A DNA stretch of 64,000 nucleotides from an uncultured Candidatus Binatia bacterium (GCA_965200125.1 OZ241332.1:2187792-2251791); one strand, 5' to 3'. Counted from the stretch's first letter, positions 19,908 through 42,455 are shown. Notes: generated from the letters alone by a model not told the origin. Made by a program: numbers and translations.

Positions 19908-20303
19908 CTACCACGCGCTGCACAGCACTTCCCCGCCCACGTGCAGCTTGCGCGCGTCCCGGTCGGCGAGCACGCCGCGCGAGGTGGACAGGACGTTGAC
20001 GCCCAGGCCGTTGCGGACGCTGGGGACGGCGTCCGCCCGCACGTAGGTGCGCAGGCTCGGTTTGCTGACGCGCGCGAGCCCGCGCAACGCGGGGCTGCCC
20101 GTCGGTTCGTACTTGAGCAGGATGTCGAGGTGGGGAAACCCGTGTTCTTCGACGACGCGATAGTCTTGCAGGAACCCCTCGGCGACGAGGATCTTGACCA
20201 CGGCTTCCTTGAGCCGCGAACGCGGAATCGAGACCGCCTCCTTCCGCGCGTGCAGCGCGTTGCGGATGCGGGTCAGCATGTCGGCCAGCGGATCGGTTTG
20301 CAT
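19908..20303 (-). CDS. rpsH: 30S ribosomal protein S8 (start MQTDPLADMLTRIRNA; the track ORF over-extends)
   Basis: DPLADMLTRIRNA motif. Confidence 0.9.
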   Translation of the reverse strand: MQTDPLADMLTRIRNALHARKEAVSIPRSRLKEAVVKILVAEGFLQDYRVVEEHGFPHLDILLKYEPTGSPALRGLARVSKPSLRTYVRADAVPSVRNGLGVNVLSTSRGVLADRDARKLHVGGEVLCSAW

Positions 20304-20314
20304 AGGCCGCTCGC

Positions 20315-20500
20315 TTACCAACTCGCCTTGGTCATGCCCGGAATCTGGCCGCGCAGGGCATAGGTGCGCAGGCATATCCGGCACATGCCGAACCGCCGGT
20401 AGAAGCCGCGCGCCCGGCCGCACAGCGGGCAGCGGTTGTACTCGCGCACGCGAAATTTGGGCTTTCGCCGCGCTTTCACTCGCAAGGATGTTCGTGCCAT
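20315..20500 (-). CDS. rpsN: 30S ribosomal protein S14, Zn-ribbon type Z (61 aa)
   Basis: [20 protein letters not shown]. Confidence 0.9.
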   Translation of the reverse strand: MARTSLRVKARRKPKFRVREYNRCPLCGRARGFYRRFGMCRICLRTYALRGQIPGMTKASW

Positions 20501-20505
20501 GACTG

Positions 20506-21045
20506 CTAACTCCGAAACGGCATGCCGAGGGCGCGGAGCAACGCGCGCCCCTCCCGGTCGGTTTTTGCCGAAGTGACCAGCGAGACGGTGAATCCCTTGA
20601 TCCGGTCCACTTTGTCCAGGTTGATTTCGGGAAAGATGATGTGCTCGCGGATTCCCAACGAATAATTCCCCCGCCCGTCGAACGACCGGTCGGAGATGCC
20701 GCGGAAGTCCCGCACGCGCGGCAACGCTACGTTGACCAGACGGTCGAAGAACTCGTACATCCGCTCGCCGCGCAGCGTGACCGCACAGCCGATCGTCATA
20801 CCTTCGCGGAGCTTGAAGTTCGCGATGGATTTATGGGCGCGCGTCACGACCGGCTTCTGGCCGGTGATGAGCCCGAGTTCTTCGACGCTGCTTTCGAGTA
20901 ACTTGGCGTTCGTGGCGCCCTCGCCCAATCCCATGTTGACGACGATCTTCGACAGCCGCGGCACCTGCATGGGGTTCGCGTATCCCAGCTCCTGTTCGAG
21001 CGAGGGAAGCACCTTCGAGAAGTACAGATCCTTGATGCGCGCCAT
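20506..21045 (-). CDS. rplE: 50S ribosomal protein L5
   Basis: Conserved L5 sequence. Confidence 0.95.
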   Translation of the reverse strand: MARIKDLYFSKVLPSLEQELGYANPMQVPRLSKIVVNMGLGEGATNAKLLESSVEELGLITGQKPVVTRAHKSIANFKLREGMTIGCAVTLRGERMYEFFDRLVNVALPRVRDFRGISDRSFDGRGNYSLGIREHIIFPEINLDKVDRIKGFTVSLVTSAKTDREGRALLRALGMPFRS

Positions 21046-21078
21046 GCCGTTCGTCCAGTCGGTTGCGCTGCGATCGCG

Positions 21079-21393
21079 TTAGTCCAGCACGTTGCCGGTC
21101 CGCCGGCTCACCCGCGCTTTGCGCCCGTCGACGACGGTGAAGCCGACCCGGGTCGGACGTCCGTCCTGCGGGTCGATCAGCATCAGGTTCGAGAGGTGGA
21201 TCGGCGCTTCCTTTTCCACGATACCGCCGGTGTCCTGTGGCCCGCGCGGCTTGCGGTGGCGCTTCACCATGTTCAGCCGCTCGACGACGGCGCGGTCTTC
21301 GGACGGGATGACGCGGATCACCTTGCCGATCTTGCCGCGTTCCTTTCCGGCCATGATCATGACCGAATCGTTCTTTCTGATACGGGCCGCCAT
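21079..21393 (-). CDS. rplX: 50S ribosomal protein L24
   Basis: KOW motif [10 protein letters not shown]. Confidence 0.9.
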   Translation of the reverse strand: MAARIRKNDSVMIMAGKERGKIGKVIRVIPSEDRAVVERLNMVKRHRKPRGPQDTGGIVEKEAPIHLSNLMLIDPQDGRPTRVGFTVVDGRKARVSRRTGNVLD

Positions 21394-21414
21394 CGTCCGC
21401 CGCTCCGCTCTGCC

Positions 21415-21783
21415 CTATAAGACTTCGGGGGCCAGCGAGATGATCTTCATGAACCGCTTGGCGCGCAGCTCCCGGGCGACCGGCCCGAAGATGCGGGTTC
21501 CGAGCGGTTCCCGCTGGTTGTCCAGCAGGACCGCGGAATTGGTGTCGAACCGGATGTACGAGCCGTCGGACCGGCCGAGTTCCTTGGCGGTGCGCACGAC
21601 GACGGCGCGGGCGACGTCCCCCTTCTTCACCTTGGCGTTCGGAATCGCTTCGCGCACCGCCACCACGATCTCGTCGCCCACCGACGCATAGCGCCGCCGC
21701 GTCCCGCCCAGCACACGGATGCAACGTACCCGGCGGGCGCCCGAGTTGTCGGCTACGTCGAGGACGGATTCGACCTGGATCAT
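21415..21783 (-). CDS. rplN: 50S ribosomal protein L14
   Basis: [17 protein letters not shown]. Confidence 0.95.
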   Translation of the reverse strand: MIQVESVLDVADNSGARRVRCIRVLGGTRRRYASVGDEIVVAVREAIPNAKVKKGDVARAVVVRTAKELGRSDGSYIRFDTNSAVLLDNQREPLGTRIFGPVARELRAKRFMKIISLAPEVL

Positions 21784-21787
21784 CGGC

Positions 21788-22051
21788 TCATCCGTTCGGC
21801 GTGCCGGCCGCCTTGGCGATCGACCGCACCCGCCAGCGTTTGGTACGGCTCAGCGGCCGCGTTTCGACGATGGTCACCACGTCTCCGGTCCGCGCCGTGT
21901 TGTCCGGGTCGTGCGCCGCGTATTTCTTGCGCCGGCGGACGTATTTTTTGTAGATGGGGTGTCGGACGAGGCGCTCGACCTGAACCGTCACGGTCTTGTC
22001 GCGTTTGTCGCTGACGACGACCCCCTGTCTCACCTTGCGATTTCCGGCCAC
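21788..22051 (-). CDS. rpsQ: 30S ribosomal protein S17
   Basis: S17 fold sequence. Confidence 0.9.
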   Translation of the reverse strand: MAGNRKVRQGVVVSDKRDKTVTVQVERLVRHPIYKKYVRRRKKYAAHDPDNTARTGDVVTIVETRPLSRTKRWRVRSIAKAAGTPNG

Positions 22052-22053
22052 GC

Positions 22054-22263
22054 CTAACTCCGTTCCGGGTGCGCTGCGCGGGCGCGCTCGTGCTGCACCG
22101 TCTTCACCCGCGCGACGTCGCGGCGCACCTTTCGGATCCGCATCGGGTCTTCGAGTTGCCCGGTGCCCCTCCGCAGCCGCAGACGAAACAGCTCTTCGCC
22201 GAGTTCGCGGGCTTTTTCACGTATTTCTTCGTCCGTCATGTCCCGGACTTCACTCGCCCGCAT
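22054..22263 (-). CDS. rpmC: 50S ribosomal protein L29
   Basis: Position and size. Confidence 0.85.
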   Translation of the reverse strand: MRASEVRDMTDEEIREKARELGEELFRLRLRRGTGQLEDPMRIRKVRRDVARVKTVQHERARAAHPERS

Positions 22264-22678
22264 GCGCCACTCCTTGCCGCTCGCGGATATGGGTGTTGAC
22301 CGGCAGCTTGTGGGCCGCCAGGCGTAACGCTTCCCGCGCGGTGTCCCGCGGCACGCCCTGGATCTCGAACAACATGCGGCCGGGCTTGACAGGCGCGACC
22401 CAGAACTCGGGCGACGCCTTCCCTTTGCCCATGCGCGTTTCCGTCGGCTTCTTGGTCACCGGTTTGTCCGGGAAGATGCGGATCCAGATTCGGCCGCCGC
22501 GGCGGACGTGGCGCGTCAGCGCGACCCGGGCCGCTTCGATCTGCCGTGCGGTGATCCAGCCGCGGTCCAGCGTCTGCAAGCCGTAGTCGCCGAACGACAG
22601 GGCGCTCCCGCGCTCGGCGTTCCCATATACGCGGCCGCGTTGCTGCTTGCGAAACTTCGTCTTTCGTGGCGAGAGCAT
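22250..22678 (-). CDS. rplP: 50S ribosomal protein L16
   Basis: [16 protein letters not shown]. Confidence 0.95.
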   Translation of the reverse strand: MLSPRKTKFRKQQRGRVYGNAERGSALSFGDYGLQTLDRGWITARQIEAARVALTRHVRRGGRIWIRIFPDKPVTKKPTETRMGKGKASPEFWVAPVKPGRMLFEIQGVPRDTAREALRLAAHKLPVNTHIRERQGVAHAGE

Positions 22679-22690
22679 GGCACACGTTTC

Positions 22691-23353
22691 TCAGGCGTTG
22701 ACGTTGGACCTGAGATCCTCTTCGTCTTTGGTCAGTACTTCCCCGCGGAATATCCAGGCTTTCACCCCGATGATGCCGTACGTCGTACGCGCCTCGGCCA
22801 GTCCGTAGCTGATGTCGGCGCGCAGCGTATGCAGCGGAACCCGCCCTTCGCGGTACCACTCGGTCCGCGCGATCTCGGCCCCACCCAGCCGGCCCGAACA
22901 GCGCACCTTGACCCCTTGCGCTCCCATGCGGATGGCGCGCGCGACGCTCTCTTTCATCGCGCGCCGGAAGGCCACGCGGCGTTCGAGTTGCAAGGCGACG
23001 TTCTCCGACACGAGTTGGCCGTCGAGATCGGGCCGGCGGACCTCGTGGATGTTGAGATACACTTCGCGGTCGGTCCGTTGCGCGAGATCGGTCTTGAGCT
23101 TCTCGATCTCGACCCCTTTCTTCCCGATCACGATCCCGGGCCGGGCCGTATAGATGTTGATCTTGGCCTTGTTCGCGGCGCGTTCGATTTCGATCTTGGA
23201 AATGCCTGCGTGGTAGAGCCGTTTCTTGATGAAGTCACGGATCCGCAGGTCGTCGTGTAGCAGGCTGGCGTAGTCCTTCTCCGCGAACCAGCGCGACTCC
23301 CAGCTTTCGAGCACGCCGACCCGGAATCCTTTCGGATGTACTTTCTGGCCCAT
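22691..23353 (-). CDS. rpsC: 30S ribosomal protein S3 (start [11 protein letters not shown]; the track ORF over-extends to 23440)
   Basis: KH domain and S3 C-terminus. Confidence 0.9.
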   Translation of the reverse strand: MGQKVHPKGFRVGVLESWESRWFAEKDYASLLHDDLRIRDFIKKRLYHAGISKIEIERAANKAKINIYTARPGIVIGKKGVEIEKLKTDLAQRTDREVYLNIHEVRRPDLDGQLVSENVALQLERRVAFRRAMKESVARAIRMGAQGVKVRCSGRLGGAEIARTEWYREGRVPLHTLRADISYGLAEARTTYGIIGVKAWIFRGEVLTKDEEDLRSNVNA

Positions 23354-23369
23354 CGGGAGAGTCTTTCGT

Positions 23370-23702
23370 CTATCTTTCGTCGACGATGATGGTGAAGTGG
23401 CTGGTCCGTTTGCGGATCGGCGTGGCGCGCCCGTGGGCACGCGGCCGGAACCGCCGGAAGGTCGCCCCGCCGTCCACGGTCGCTTTCTTGACGTACAACG
23501 CGTCCGGGTCCACGTTCTGGAGGTCGGTCGCGTTAGCGATCGCCGCCTGCAAGGTCTTCCTGAACACGCGCGCGGCCTTCTTTTGCGAAAATCCCAACAG
23601 GGTGAGGGCGGCTTCGACCTGCTTGCCGCGGATCAGGTCGGCGACGGGCCGCGCCTTGCGCGGCGCCATGCGCACCTGCCGGGTAATCGAGCGCACCTCC
23701 AT
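23370..23702 (-). CDS. rplV: 50S ribosomal protein L22 (start [18 protein letters not shown])
   Basis: Conserved L22 sequence. Confidence 0.9.
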   Translation of the reverse strand: MEVRSITRQVRMAPRKARPVADLIRGKQVEAALTLLGFSQKKAARVFRKTLQAAIANATDLQNVDPDALYVKKATVDGGATFRRFRPRAHGRATPIRKRTSHFTIIVDER

Positions 23703-23722
23703 GACCGCGTCCCGCTTTCCTC

Positions 23723-24007
23723 TTATCGGCGCTTGACCTCGCCCTTTTTGTCTCCGGCGTGGCCGTAGAACGTCCGGGTGGGAGAAAATTCTCCGAGCTT
23801 GTGGCCGACCATGTTTTCGGTGACGTACACCGGAATGAACTTTCGGCCGTTGTGGACCGCGAACGTCAGGCCGATCATTTCCGGGATGATCGTCGAGCGG
23901 CGCGACCATGTTTTTATGACCTTCTTGTCGCCCTGCTCGACCGCGGCCTCGACTTTCTTGCGCAGATGGTCGTCGATGAACGGACCCTTTTTCACCGAGC
24001 GGGGCAT
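23723..24007 (-). CDS. rpsS: 30S ribosomal protein S19 (start [10 protein letters not shown])
   Basis: Conserved S19 sequence. Confidence 0.9.
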   Translation of the reverse strand: MPRSVKKGPFIDDHLRKKVEAAVEQGDKKVIKTWSRRSTIIPEMIGLTFAVHNGRKFIPVYVTENMVGHKLGEFSPTRTFYGHAGDKKGEVKRR

Positions 24008-24008
24008 A

Positions 24009-24836
24009 TTATTTCTTTCTTCGCTGCACGATGTATTTGTTCGAGGACACATTCCGGCGGGTCTTGTATCCCTTCGCCAACACGCCCCACGGACTCATCG
24101 GATGGTTCCCCTTGCTGCGGCCCTCCCCGCCGCCGAGCGGGTGGTCGACGGGATTCATGGCGATCCCCCGCACGCGCGGCCGGCGTCCGAGCCAACGCTT
24201 CCGGCCGGCCTTGCCGTACGAGACGTTCTCATGGTCCAGGTTGCCGACCTGGCCGATGGTCGCCTTGCAGTTCTGATGCACCATGCGCATCTCGCCCGAG
24301 GGTAGCTTGACCGTCGCGTTGCTGCCCTCTTTCGCCATGAGCTGGGCGGAGGTGCCGGCGCTGCGGACGATCTGCGCGCCCTTACCGATCTTGAGTTCGA
24401 TGTTGTGGATGATCGTCCCGACCGGGATCCGGCGCAGCGGCAAACAATTCCCGGGACGGATCTCCGCGGTTTCTCCCGACATCACGACGTCGCCGACGGC
24501 CAAGCCGACGGGAGCGAGGATGTAGCGTTTCTCTCCGTCGATGTAGTGCAGCAGGGCGATGCGCGCCGAGCGGTTCGGATCGTATTCGATCGTAGCCACG
24601 CGCGCCGCGATGCCGTCCTTGTTGCGGCGGAAGTCGATCAGCCGATAGCGCCGCTTGTGCCCGCCGCCGCGGTGTCGGACGGTGAGGCGGCCGCGGTTGT
24701 TCCGACCGCCGTGCTTGTGCAGCGGGGCGAGCAACCGCGATTCCGGGCCCGACGTGGTGTTCGACAACTCGTCGAAGCGCGAAACGCTCTGGAAGCGCCG
24801 CCCGGTCGACGTCGGCTTGTACTGCCGCACCGCCAT
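24009..24836 (-). CDS. rplB: 50S ribosomal protein L2
   Basis: Conserved L2 sequence. Confidence 0.95.
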   Translation of the reverse strand: MAVRQYKPTSTGRRFQSVSRFDELSNTTSGPESRLLAPLHKHGGRNNRGRLTVRHRGGGHKRRYRLIDFRRNKDGIAARVATIEYDPNRSARIALLHYIDGEKRYILAPVGLAVGDVVMSGETAEIRPGNCLPLRRIPVGTIIHNIELKIGKGAQIVRSAGTSAQLMAKEGSNATVKLPSGEMRMVHQNCKATIGQVGNLDHENVSYGKAGRKRWLGRRPRVRGIAMNPVDHPLGGGEGRSKGNHPMSPWGVLAKGYKTRRNVSSNKYIVQRRKK

Positions 24837-24840
24837 TCCC

Positions 24841-25128
24841 TTATGCCCCCTCGAAGAAGTCGATGCGGTCGCCTTCCCGCAGCGTGACGTAGGCTTTCTT
24901 CCAGGCGACCTTGTTGCCCTGCGAGCGGCCCACGCGGCGCCGTTTTCCGAGGTAGTGCAGGGTCCGCACCCGTTCGACCTTGACCTGAAAGAGCGATTCG
25001 ACCGCGTTCTTGATGCTCACCTTGTTGGCTTGCGGATGCACGCGAAAGACGACCTGATTGCCCGCCTCGCTCGCCAAGGTCGATTTCTCCGTGACGACGG
25101 GCGCCATGAGAACGGAATAGGCATCCAT
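24841..25128 (-). CDS. rplW: 50S ribosomal protein L23 (95 aa; the track ORF over-extends)
   Basis: [16 protein letters not shown]. Confidence 0.9.
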   Translation of the reverse strand: MDAYSVLMAPVVTEKSTLASEAGNQVVFRVHPQANKVSIKNAVESLFQVKVERVRTLHYLGKRRRVGRSQGNKVAWKKAYVTLREGDRIDFFEGA

Positions 25129-25130
25129 GC

Positions 25131-25781
25131 TCAGGCTCCCAGCCGCTCGGCGATCTGTCGGACCGCGGCCTGCGTCGCCAGCACTTTCCGGTAGCGGAGC
25201 AGGTCGTAAACGTTGAGCCCGGGACTCAACAACACTTTGACGCCTGGCAGGTTCCGCGCCGACTTCTGCACGTTGACGTCCGCCTCGCCCAGCAGCAGCA
25301 GGACGCTGTCTCCCAGTTCCAGCCTGGTCAACAGATCGACCATCTGCTTGGTCTTGGGATGATCGAAGCGGATGTCGTCGATGACCACGAGCGCCTGCGC
25401 GCGGAGTTTGTGCGCCAGCGCGGCGCGCAACGCGGTCTTTCGGGCCGAGCGGGGCAGACGGTAGGCATACGAACGCGGTTGCGGGCCGAAGACGGTGGCG
25501 CCGCCGACCCAAATGGGAGAGCGGGTACTGCCGGCGCGGGCACGGCCCGTACCTTTCTGGCGCCAGGGCTTACGCCCGCCGCCGCGCACCTGACTCCGGG
25601 TCTTCGTCGCCGCGGTCCCCGAACGACGGCTGGCCAACTGCGCCCGAACCGCCTCGTGCAAGAGATGTTCGCGCGGCGGCTGCGCGGCAATGCCGGCCGG
25701 CACCTGAATCTCGCCGACCTTTTCCCGGTCGGACGAGATCACGTCGATGGACGCGGGTTGCAGCGGAGGTATTTCTTCCAT
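25131..25781 (-). CDS. rplD: 50S ribosomal protein L4
   Basis: Conserved L4 sequence. Confidence 0.9.
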   Translation of the reverse strand: MEEIPPLQPASIDVISSDREKVGEIQVPAGIAAQPPREHLLHEAVRAQLASRRSGTAATKTRSQVRGGGRKPWRQKGTGRARAGSTRSPIWVGGATVFGPQPRSYAYRLPRSARKTALRAALAHKLRAQALVVIDDIRFDHPKTKQMVDLLTRLELGDSVLLLLGEADVNVQKSARNLPGVKVLLSPGLNVYDLLRYRKVLATQAAVRQIAERLGA

Positions 25782-25790
25782 CGCGTTCGC

Positions 25791-26432
25791 CTACGCCGCC
25801 TTTTCGACCAGAACGATCTGTCCGCGCGCACCGGGCACCGGCCCGTGGACGAACAGCAGATGCTCGTCCGACTGCACGTCGATCACCTGCAGATGCAGCG
25901 CCTTCATCCGGTCGTTTCCGTATTGGCCGGCCATGCGTTTACCCTTGTAGATTTTTCCCGGGTAGGCACTGTTTCCGATCGACCCGCCGTGTCGAAAATA
26001 TTCGTGCGTGCCGTGGCTCTTGGGAAAGCCGCCCATGCCGTGGCGTTTCATCACCCCGGCATAACCGCGGCCTTTGGTCCGACCGACGACGTTGACCGTG
26101 TCGCCGGACCGAAAGACCTGCTCCACGGTAATTTCGCTACCGACCTCGACGTCACCCACGTCATCGACCCGGAACTCGCGCAACACGGCGAACGGGCCTT
26201 TGCCCGACTTCTGCATATGACCGAGAACGGGTTTGGATATCCGGGGCCGTTTCGGATGGCCGACTTTCCGCTGTCCGAACCCCAGCTGCAAGGCGGTGTA
26301 TCCGTCGATCCGGGGCGTCTTCTTCTGCACGACCGTGCAGGGGCCGGTCTGGATGACGGTCGCCGGCACGAGGCCGCCGTCGTCGGCGAAGACCTGCGTC
26401 ATGCCGAGTTTTCTTCCGATGAGACCTTGCAT
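25791..26432 (-). CDS. rplC: 50S ribosomal protein L3
   Basis: [15 protein letters not shown]. Confidence 0.95.
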   Translation of the reverse strand: MQGLIGRKLGMTQVFADDGGLVPATVIQTGPCTVVQKKTPRIDGYTALQLGFGQRKVGHPKRPRISKPVLGHMQKSGKGPFAVLREFRVDDVGDVEVGSEITVEQVFRSGDTVNVVGRTKGRGYAGVMKRHGMGGFPKSHGTHEYFRHGGSIGNSAYPGKIYKGKRMAGQYGNDRMKALHLQVIDVQSDEHLLFVHGPVPGARGQIVLVEKAA

Positions 26433-26446
26433 GGACCGGCTCGTTC

Positions 26447-26767
26447 CTACTCCAGCTTGATCTCGACGTCGACGCCGGCAGCCAACTCCAGCTTGCCCAA
26501 CGCGTCGATCGTCTGCTGGGTGGGGTCGAGAATGTCGAGGAGGCGTTTGTGGGTGCGGATTTCGAACTGTTCGCGGGATTTCTTATCGACGTGGGGCGAG
26601 CGGTTCACCGTGAACCGCTCGATGCGCGTCGGGAGCGGGATGGGGCCGGCGACTCGTCCGCCGGTCCGGCGCACGGTTTCGACGATCTCCTTGACCGATT
26701 GATCGAGGACCCGGTGGTCATACGCCTTGAGGCGGATGCGGATCTTTTCGTTCATCGTACCGGCCAT
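26447..26767 (-). CDS. rpsJ: 30S ribosomal protein S10 (106 aa, RBS GGAG 7 nt upstream of the ATG)
   Basis: [15 protein letters not shown]. Confidence 0.9.
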   Translation of the reverse strand: MAGTMNEKIRIRLKAYDHRVLDQSVKEIVETVRRTGGRVAGPIPLPTRIERFTVNRSPHVDKKSREQFEIRTHKRLLDILDPTQQTIDALGKLELAAGVDVEIKLE

Positions 26768-26817
26768 CGATCTGCTCCACGATTCCGCATGCTTCTCTTT
26801 GCTTTCCCGTGCAGTTC

Positions 26818-28002
<1,185 letters not shown>

Positions 28003-28205
28003 CGTCCTCGCTCCCTTTCGTAGGTCTCTTTGCAATAATACCCCACACGAACGGGGCGGGTCTTCGCAACCGCCCCGTCGTCGAGGCTCGTTCCCGGTAC
28101 CGATGTCGAACGTTCGGCGTCAGCCGAATTCGGAAGGCGGGATTCTAAAGGCTATTTCAAAAGAGTCAACTGCCTCCCCGTCGCCGTCCGGCCAGATCCG
28201 CGTTC

Positions 28206-28676
28206 CTACCACCGATAATGGGCGAACGCCTTGTTGGCCTCGGCCATCCGGTGGGTGTCTTCGCGTTTCTTCACGGCGCCCCCGCGGTTTTGCGATGCCT
28301 CGAACAATTCGCCCGCCAGCTTTTCTTCCATGTTCTTTTCCGAACGTTGGCGGGAGGATTGGACCAGCCAGCGCATGGCCAACGAATTCCGCCGGACCTG
28401 CCGGACCTCGACCGGCACCTGATACGTCGCGCCGCCCACGCGGCGGGAGCGGACTTCGACGACCGGCCGGACGTTTTCCAATGCGCGTTTGAACACGTCC
28501 AGCGGGTCGTCTCCGGTGCGCTGCTGGATCAACGCCATGGCGCCGTACAGAATTTTTTCGACCTTCCCCTTCTCCCCGTCCAGCATCATCATGTTGACGA
28601 ACTTCGACACGCTCGCGTCGTGGTATTTGGGATCGGGGATAATCTGCCGGCGGGCAGCGGGTCCTTTGCGTGGCAT
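28206..28676 (-). CDS. rpsG: 30S ribosomal protein S7
   Basis: Conserved S7 sequence. Confidence 0.95.
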   Translation of the reverse strand: MPRKGPAARRQIIPDPKYHDASVSKFVNMMMLDGEKGKVEKILYGAMALIQQRTGDDPLDVFKRALENVRPVVEVRSRRVGGATYQVPVEVRQVRRNSLAMRWLVQSSRQRSEKNMEEKLAGELFEASQNRGGAVKKREDTHRMAEANKAFAHYRW

Positions 28677-28820
28677 GAAACGTTCCTCTCGCCTGTTTTT
28701 CTTCTCCAGGTCCGGCCTGAATTCCGGCCGCTTATTCGGGAGATTCCATTCGGGACGACCCTCCGGTCAGGAGATCTTCGTCAGACCCGCGCACGCAGGT
28801 GTCCATGTCCGGGATTCCCT

Positions 28821-29192
28821 TTATTTGGGTTTCTTGGCACCGTACTTGGAGCGCCGCTGCCGGCGCTCCTGCACGCCGATGGAGTCCAGCGTGCCGCGGA
28901 TGATGTGATAGCGGACGCCGGGCAGATCCTTGACCCGGCCGCCCCGGATCAAGACGACCGAGTGTTCCTGCAGGTTGTGCCCGATACCCGGAATGTAGGC
29001 CGTCACTTCGATGCCGTTGGTCAGCCGGACGCGGGCGACCTTTCTGAGCGCGGAGTTCGGTTTCTTCGGCGTGGTGGTGTACACCCGCGTGCACACACCG
29101 CGGCGCTGCGGACAGGATTGCAGCGCCGGCGCCGTCAGTTTGCGGCGTTGTCGCACGCGGCCTTTGCGGACCAGTTGCTGGATGGTGGGCAT
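28821..29192 (-). CDS. rpsL: 30S ribosomal protein S12
   Basis: [22 protein letters not shown]. Confidence 0.95.
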   Translation of the reverse strand: MPTIQQLVRKGRVRQRRKLTAPALQSCPQRRGVCTRVYTTTPKKPNSALRKVARVRLTNGIEVTAYIPGIGHNLQEHSVVLIRGGRVKDLPGVRYHIIRGTLDSIGVQERRQRRSKYGAKKPK

Positions 29193-29222
29193 CGCTCCTC
29201 CTTGACGGACGCGGCGCTCGGC

Positions 29223-33326
<4,104 letters not shown>

Positions 33327-33343
33327 GATGCCCTCACCTCGCC

Positions 33344-37468
<4,125 letters not shown>

Positions 37469-37513
37469 ACGTGCGCCCCCTCTCGTGTCGCGTCATGCTC
37501 GTGCCCCGTCCGG

Positions 37514-37909
37514 CTATTGCAACTCGACCGAGCCTCCCGCCTCTTCCAGCTTGCCCTTGATTTCCTCGGCTTCCTCTTTGGTCGCACCTTCCTTGACGGC
37601 CTTCGGGGCGCTGTCCACCAGTTCCTTGGCTTCCTTGAGCCCCAGGCCGGTCAGCTCGCGCACGACCTTGATGACCTGGATCTTCTTTTCCCCGGGGCCG
37701 GTAAGTACGACGTTGAAGTCGGTCTTTTCCTCAACCGCCGCGGCTTCGGCTTCTCCGCCCGCGGCTCCACCGCCGGCCACTACGACGGGCGCCGCGGCGC
37801 TCACGCCCCACTTGTCTTCCAGTTTCTTGACCAGTTCGGATGCTTCGAGAATGGTCAGGTCGGACAGCGCACCGACCAGTTCGTCCATTTTCTCTTCCGT
37901 CAAAGCCAT
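37514..37909 (-). CDS. rplL: 50S ribosomal protein L7/L12
   Basis: Ala/Glu-rich hinge and C-terminal domain. Confidence 0.95.
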   Translation of the reverse strand: MALTEEKMDELVGALSDLTILEASELVKKLEDKWGVSAAAPVVVAGGGAAGGEAEAAAVEEKTDFNVVLTGPGEKKIQVIKVVRELTGLGLKEAKELVDSAPKAVKEGATKEEAEEIKGKLEEAGGSVELQ

Positions 37910-37944
37910 GCGTTCCTCCTTCCGGCGAATCGTCCGTGTTCGGG

Positions 37945-38478
37945 TTAATCTTCGTCTGCGCGTTCGAGTTGCGCGGCGCGTTCGTTCAGCAGCCGGCCGA
38001 GCTGCGAGCCGGTCGCGGACAGGCTGCTCACGAGCCGCGTCGCCGGCTGGGCGAGGACGCCGAGCAACTGGGCGCGCAACGCATCACGGCCGGGCAGCGT
38101 GGCCAGGGCCTTGACCCCCGCGGTTTCGAGGAACTGCCCCTCGGTGACCCCGCCCTTGATGGTCAGTTTTTCGTTCTCGTCGGCATACCGGGCCAGCACC
38201 TTCGCCAGCCCGACGACGTCCTCGCCGTAGCCGAATACCAAGCCGTTCTGCCCGGACAGCAACTCTTTGAGCGAAACGTACGGCGTATCGCTGATGGCCA
38301 AGTTCAGCAGGGTGTTCTTCGCGACGCGGTATTCTCCTTCGACGTCGCTCAACTCCCGCCGCAGACTGTTCATTTCCAGGACCGTCAAGCCCTTGTACTC
38401 GGTCACGACGGCCGCGCTAGCTCTGGTAAAGCGAGTACGCAGGTCGGCCACCGTAGCTTCCTTGGTCTGTCGGTCCAT
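37945..38478 (-). CDS. rplJ: 50S ribosomal protein L10
   Basis: L10 family sequence. Confidence 0.9.
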   Translation of the reverse strand: MDRQTKEATVADLRTRFTRASAAVVTEYKGLTVLEMNSLRRELSDVEGEYRVAKNTLLNLAISDTPYVSLKELLSGQNGLVFGYGEDVVGLAKVLARYADENEKLTIKGGVTEGQFLETAGVKALATLPGRDALRAQLLGVLAQPATRLVSSLSATGSQLGRLLNERAAQLERADED

Positions 38479-38565
38479 GATGACGCTTCCGTGTCCTTCC
38501 CGTGTTCGTGTCGAACATGTTCTGGGGGCGCGATCCTCCCGGCGGATGGCGCGGAGTCGCCGGAC
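38479..38565 (-). promoter_or_regulatory. Untranslated rplJ leader (expected site of L10-L12 autoregulation)
   Basis: 87-nt spacer between rplA and rplJ, whereas other junctions in the array are near zero. Assignment by synteny only. Confidence 0.3.
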
Positions 38566-39264
38566 CTAACGGAGCGCGCCCGCGGCGTCGACGCGCACGC
38601 CCGGCCCCATGCTCGTGCTGACGGTGATGCTCCTGACGTACGTCCCCTTGGCCGATGCCGGTTTGGCCCGCACGAGGCTGTCGAGGAGCGACTTGGTGTT
38701 GTCCAGCAGCCGGCTGCCGTCGAACGACGCCTTGCCGACCGGTACGTGCACGTTGCCGGCCTTATCGACCCGGTATTCGACTTTGCCGCCCTTCAGGTCC
38801 TGCACGGCCTGGGCCACGTCGGCCGTCACGGTCCCGACCTTCGGGTTCGGCATCAGGCCACGCGGCCCCAGAATTCTGCCGAGCTTACCCACGACCGACA
38901 TCATGTCGGGTGTGGCGACGGCTTTGTCGAACTCCAGCCAACCCTCTTCGCTGACCCGCTTGGCAAGGTCTTCGCCACCGACGACGTCCGCGCCGGCCTG
39001 CTCGGCCTCCTGCGCCTTGTCTCCCTTGGCGAACACCGCCACGCGCACGGACTTGCCGGTCCCGTGCGGCAGGAGCACGGTGCCGCGGATGTTCTGGTCG
39101 GCTTTTCGTGGGTCGACGCCAAGCCGGACCGCGATCTCGACCGTCTCGTCGAATTTCGTCCGCTTGGTCTCGCGGGCGAGGTCCAGCGCTTCCGGCAACG
39201 AATAGTGGCGCGTCCGATCGACTTTTCCCGCGGCCGAACGATAGCCTTTGCTCTTGCGTGCCAT
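38566..39264 (-). CDS. rplA: 50S ribosomal protein L1
   Basis: Conserved L1 sequence. Confidence 0.95.
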   Translation of the reverse strand: MARKSKGYRSAAGKVDRTRHYSLPEALDLARETKRTKFDETVEIAVRLGVDPRKADQNIRGTVLLPHGTGKSVRVAVFAKGDKAQEAEQAGADVVGGEDLAKRVSEEGWLEFDKAVATPDMMSVVGKLGRILGPRGLMPNPKVGTVTADVAQAVQDLKGGKVEYRVDKAGNVHVPVGKASFDGSRLLDNTKSLLDSLVRAKPASAKGTYVRSITVSTSMGPGVRVDAAGALR

Positions 39265-39266
39265 CT

Positions 39267-39692
39267 TCAGTTCTCCACCGAGAGGCCCATACTGCGCGCC
39301 GTCCCTTCGATGATGCGCACCGCGCCTTCCAGGTCTTTGGCGTTCAGGTCCGGTCGTTTGAGGGCCGCGATCTCTTCGACCTGCTTCCGCGTCACCGAAC
39401 CGACGATCTGCCTGGCTGGCTCGCCGGACGCCTTTTCCAATCCGACCGCCTTTTTCAGCAACGTCGATGCCGGCGGCGTCTTGGTGACGAAGGAAAAGGA
39501 GCGGTCCACGTAAACGGTGATGACGACCGGGATCAGGAGACCCTGCTGGTCCTGCGTCTTGGCGTTGAACGCCTTGCAGAACTCCATGATGTTGACGCCG
39601 CGTTGCCCGAGGGCCGGACCGACGGGAGGGCTGGGATTCGCCTGACCTGCCGGAATCTGCAGCTTGATGGTCGTGTCGATTTTCTTTGCCAT
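39267..39692 (-). CDS. rplK: 50S ribosomal protein L11 (141 aa; the track ORF over-extends to 40439)
   Basis: [29 protein letters not shown]. Confidence 0.95.
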   Translation of the reverse strand: MAKKIDTTIKLQIPAGQANPSPPVGPALGQRGVNIMEFCKAFNAKTQDQQGLLIPVVITVYVDRSFSFVTKTPPASTLLKKAVGLEKASGEPARQIVGSVTRKQVEEIAALKRPDLNAKDLEGAVRIIEGTARSMGLSVEN

Positions 39693-39709
39693 GTGGATTC
39701 TACCGCGGG

Positions 39710-40249
39710 TTAGGATTTCTCCACCTGGACGAGGTCGAGTTCCACCGGGGTGGATCGGCCGAAGATGCTGATCAGCACCCGCAGCTTGCCCTTGTCCGGT
39801 TTGACTTCTTCGACCACGCCGGTGAAGTCCTGAAACGGCCCTTCGATGACCTTGACCCCTTCTCCGGTCGCGAAAGAAATTTTCGGCTTCGGCCGCAGCG
39901 CCCCTTCCTCCACCTGCTGATGAATGGCGGCCACTTCGGCTTCCGATACCGATGGAATGGTCTGCGGGTCGTCCGTCCCGCCTACGAAGCCGGTCACTTT
40001 CGGCGTTTCCCGGACGACGTGCCACGTCTGGTCGTTCATCTCCATCTGCACGAGAATGTAGCTGGGAAAGAATTTTCGCGACGATGTCCGTTTCTTGCCC
40101 TTGACCAGTTCGACGACCTGCTCTTCCGGCACCAGGATGTCGCCGAACGCTTCCCGCTGCCCGAGCGTGCGGATGCGTTCTTCCAGTGCGAGTTTGGCTT
40201 TCCGTTCGAATCCGGAATAGGTGTGGACGATGTACCACTGCTTCGCCAT
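39710..40249 (-). CDS. nusG: Transcription antitermination factor NusG
   Basis: NGN domain WYIVHTYSG and a KOW domain. Confidence 0.95.
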   Translation of the reverse strand: MAKQWYIVHTYSGFERKAKLALEERIRTLGQREAFGDILVPEEQVVELVKGKKRTSSRKFFPSYILVQMEMNDQTWHVVRETPKVTGFVGGTDDPQTIPSVSEAEVAAIHQQVEEGALRPKPKISFATGEGVKVIEGPFQDFTGVVEEVKPDKGKLRVLISIFGRSTPVELDLVQVEKS

Positions 40250-40273
40250 GACGCGGTCTCTCGAGAGGATCGG

Positions 40274-40468
40274 TCAGTTGCCGAGAAACGAGCGCAGCAA
40301 CCACGACAGCAGGGCGTCCACGGAGAACAGATACATGGCGACGATGGCGACGAGGAGCAGCACGACCAACGTCGCGGATCGTACCTCCTTGCGGCTCGGC
40401 CAGTGGACCTTGCGGGTCTCGGCCCAGGCTTCCTGACAATACGCGCGGGCGGTTTCAATCGCTTTCAT
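40274..40468 (-). CDS. secE: Preprotein translocase SecE (64 aa from [10 protein letters not shown]). The track start at 40531 would overlap tRNA-Trp
   Basis: Single C-terminal TM helix; position upstream of nusG. Confidence 0.8.
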   Translation of the reverse strand: MKAIETARAYCQEAWAETRKVHWPSRKEVRSATLVVLLLVAIVAMYLFSVDALLSWLLRSFLGN

Positions 40469-40504
40469 GGTCGAATCGATTCTCCAGTCGTGGTGCGCGG
40501 AAAA

Positions 40505-40579
40505 CGGGTCAGGCAGGACTCGAACCTGCAACCCCCGGATTTGGAGTCCGGTGCTCTAGCCAATTCGAGCTACTGACCC
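40505..40579 (-). tRNA. tRNA-Trp (CCA)
   Basis: Cloverleaf folded by hand; anticodon loop CUCCAAA. Confidence 0.9.
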
Positions 40580-40585
40580 ACGAGG

Positions 40586-40738
40586 TCATACCTTGACTTC
40601 CTTGTGGACGGCGTGCGTGCGGCAGACCGGGCAGTACTTGCGCCGCTGCAGTTTGTCGGGTGTGAGCTTCTTGTTCTTGGTCGCGGTATAGTTTTTGTGC
40701 TTGCACTTCTCGCACGAAAGCGCCACGAGGTCTCGCAT
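40586..40738 (-). CDS. rpmG: 50S ribosomal protein L33 (50 aa); not in the ORF track
   Basis: Manual translation MRDLVALSCEKCKHKNYTATKNKKLTPDKLQRRKYCPVCRTHAVHKEVKV. Confidence 0.85.
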   Translation of the reverse strand: MRDLVALSCEKCKHKNYTATKNKKLTPDKLQRRKYCPVCRTHAVHKEVKV

Positions 40739-40795
40739 GTCCGCCTCTCTCTCCGCGTGCTTCCTGAATGCTTCGGTTTCTTCCGCGTAGGCAGA

Positions 40796-41980
<1,185 letters not shown>

Positions 41981-42093
41981 CGTCCTCGCTCCCTTTCGTG
42001 CGCCGCCTTCATATTATGGCGACAAAATGTTTTCTCGACCTGAGATGACGGTCGAACCGCCCGTTCTCCGTTGCGTTCTCGAAAAGAGGGACA

Positions 42094-42166
42094 AGCCCAG
42101 GAGCGGGCTTGAACCGCCGACCTCGTCCTTACCAAGGACGTGCTCTACCTGCTGAGCTACCTGGGC
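42094..42166 (-). tRNA. tRNA-Thr (GGT)
   Basis: Manual fold; anticodon loop UUGGUAA. Confidence 0.85.
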
Positions 42167-42267
42167 GTTGCGTCCGGCTTGCTAGATCATCACGGCTGAA
42201 GAATGACCGGCCTGTCCTCCGTTGCGCCAGCACTCCGTTCGGCGTTGTTTCGAGCCTGAGAAAAGAT

Positions 42268-42343
42268 GGAGCGGGAAACGGGACTCGAACCCGCGACCCC
42301 GAGCTTGGAAGGCTCGCGCTCTAGCCAACTGAGCTATTCCCGC
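42268..42343 (-). tRNA. tRNA-Gly (TCC), CCA encoded
   Basis: Manual fold; anticodon loop CUUCCAA. Confidence 0.85.
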
Positions 42344-42369
42344 CTGAACTCCTCTCTGGACGGAGGACA

Positions 42370-42455
42370 TGGTGGAGAGGGAAGGATTCGAACCTTCGAA
42401 GGCATACGCCGGCAGATTTACAGTCTGCTCCCTTTGGCCGCTCGGGCACCTCTCC
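42370..42455 (-). tRNA. tRNA-Tyr (GTA), long variable arm, CCA encoded
   Basis: Manual fold; anticodon loop CUGUAAA. Confidence 0.85.
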
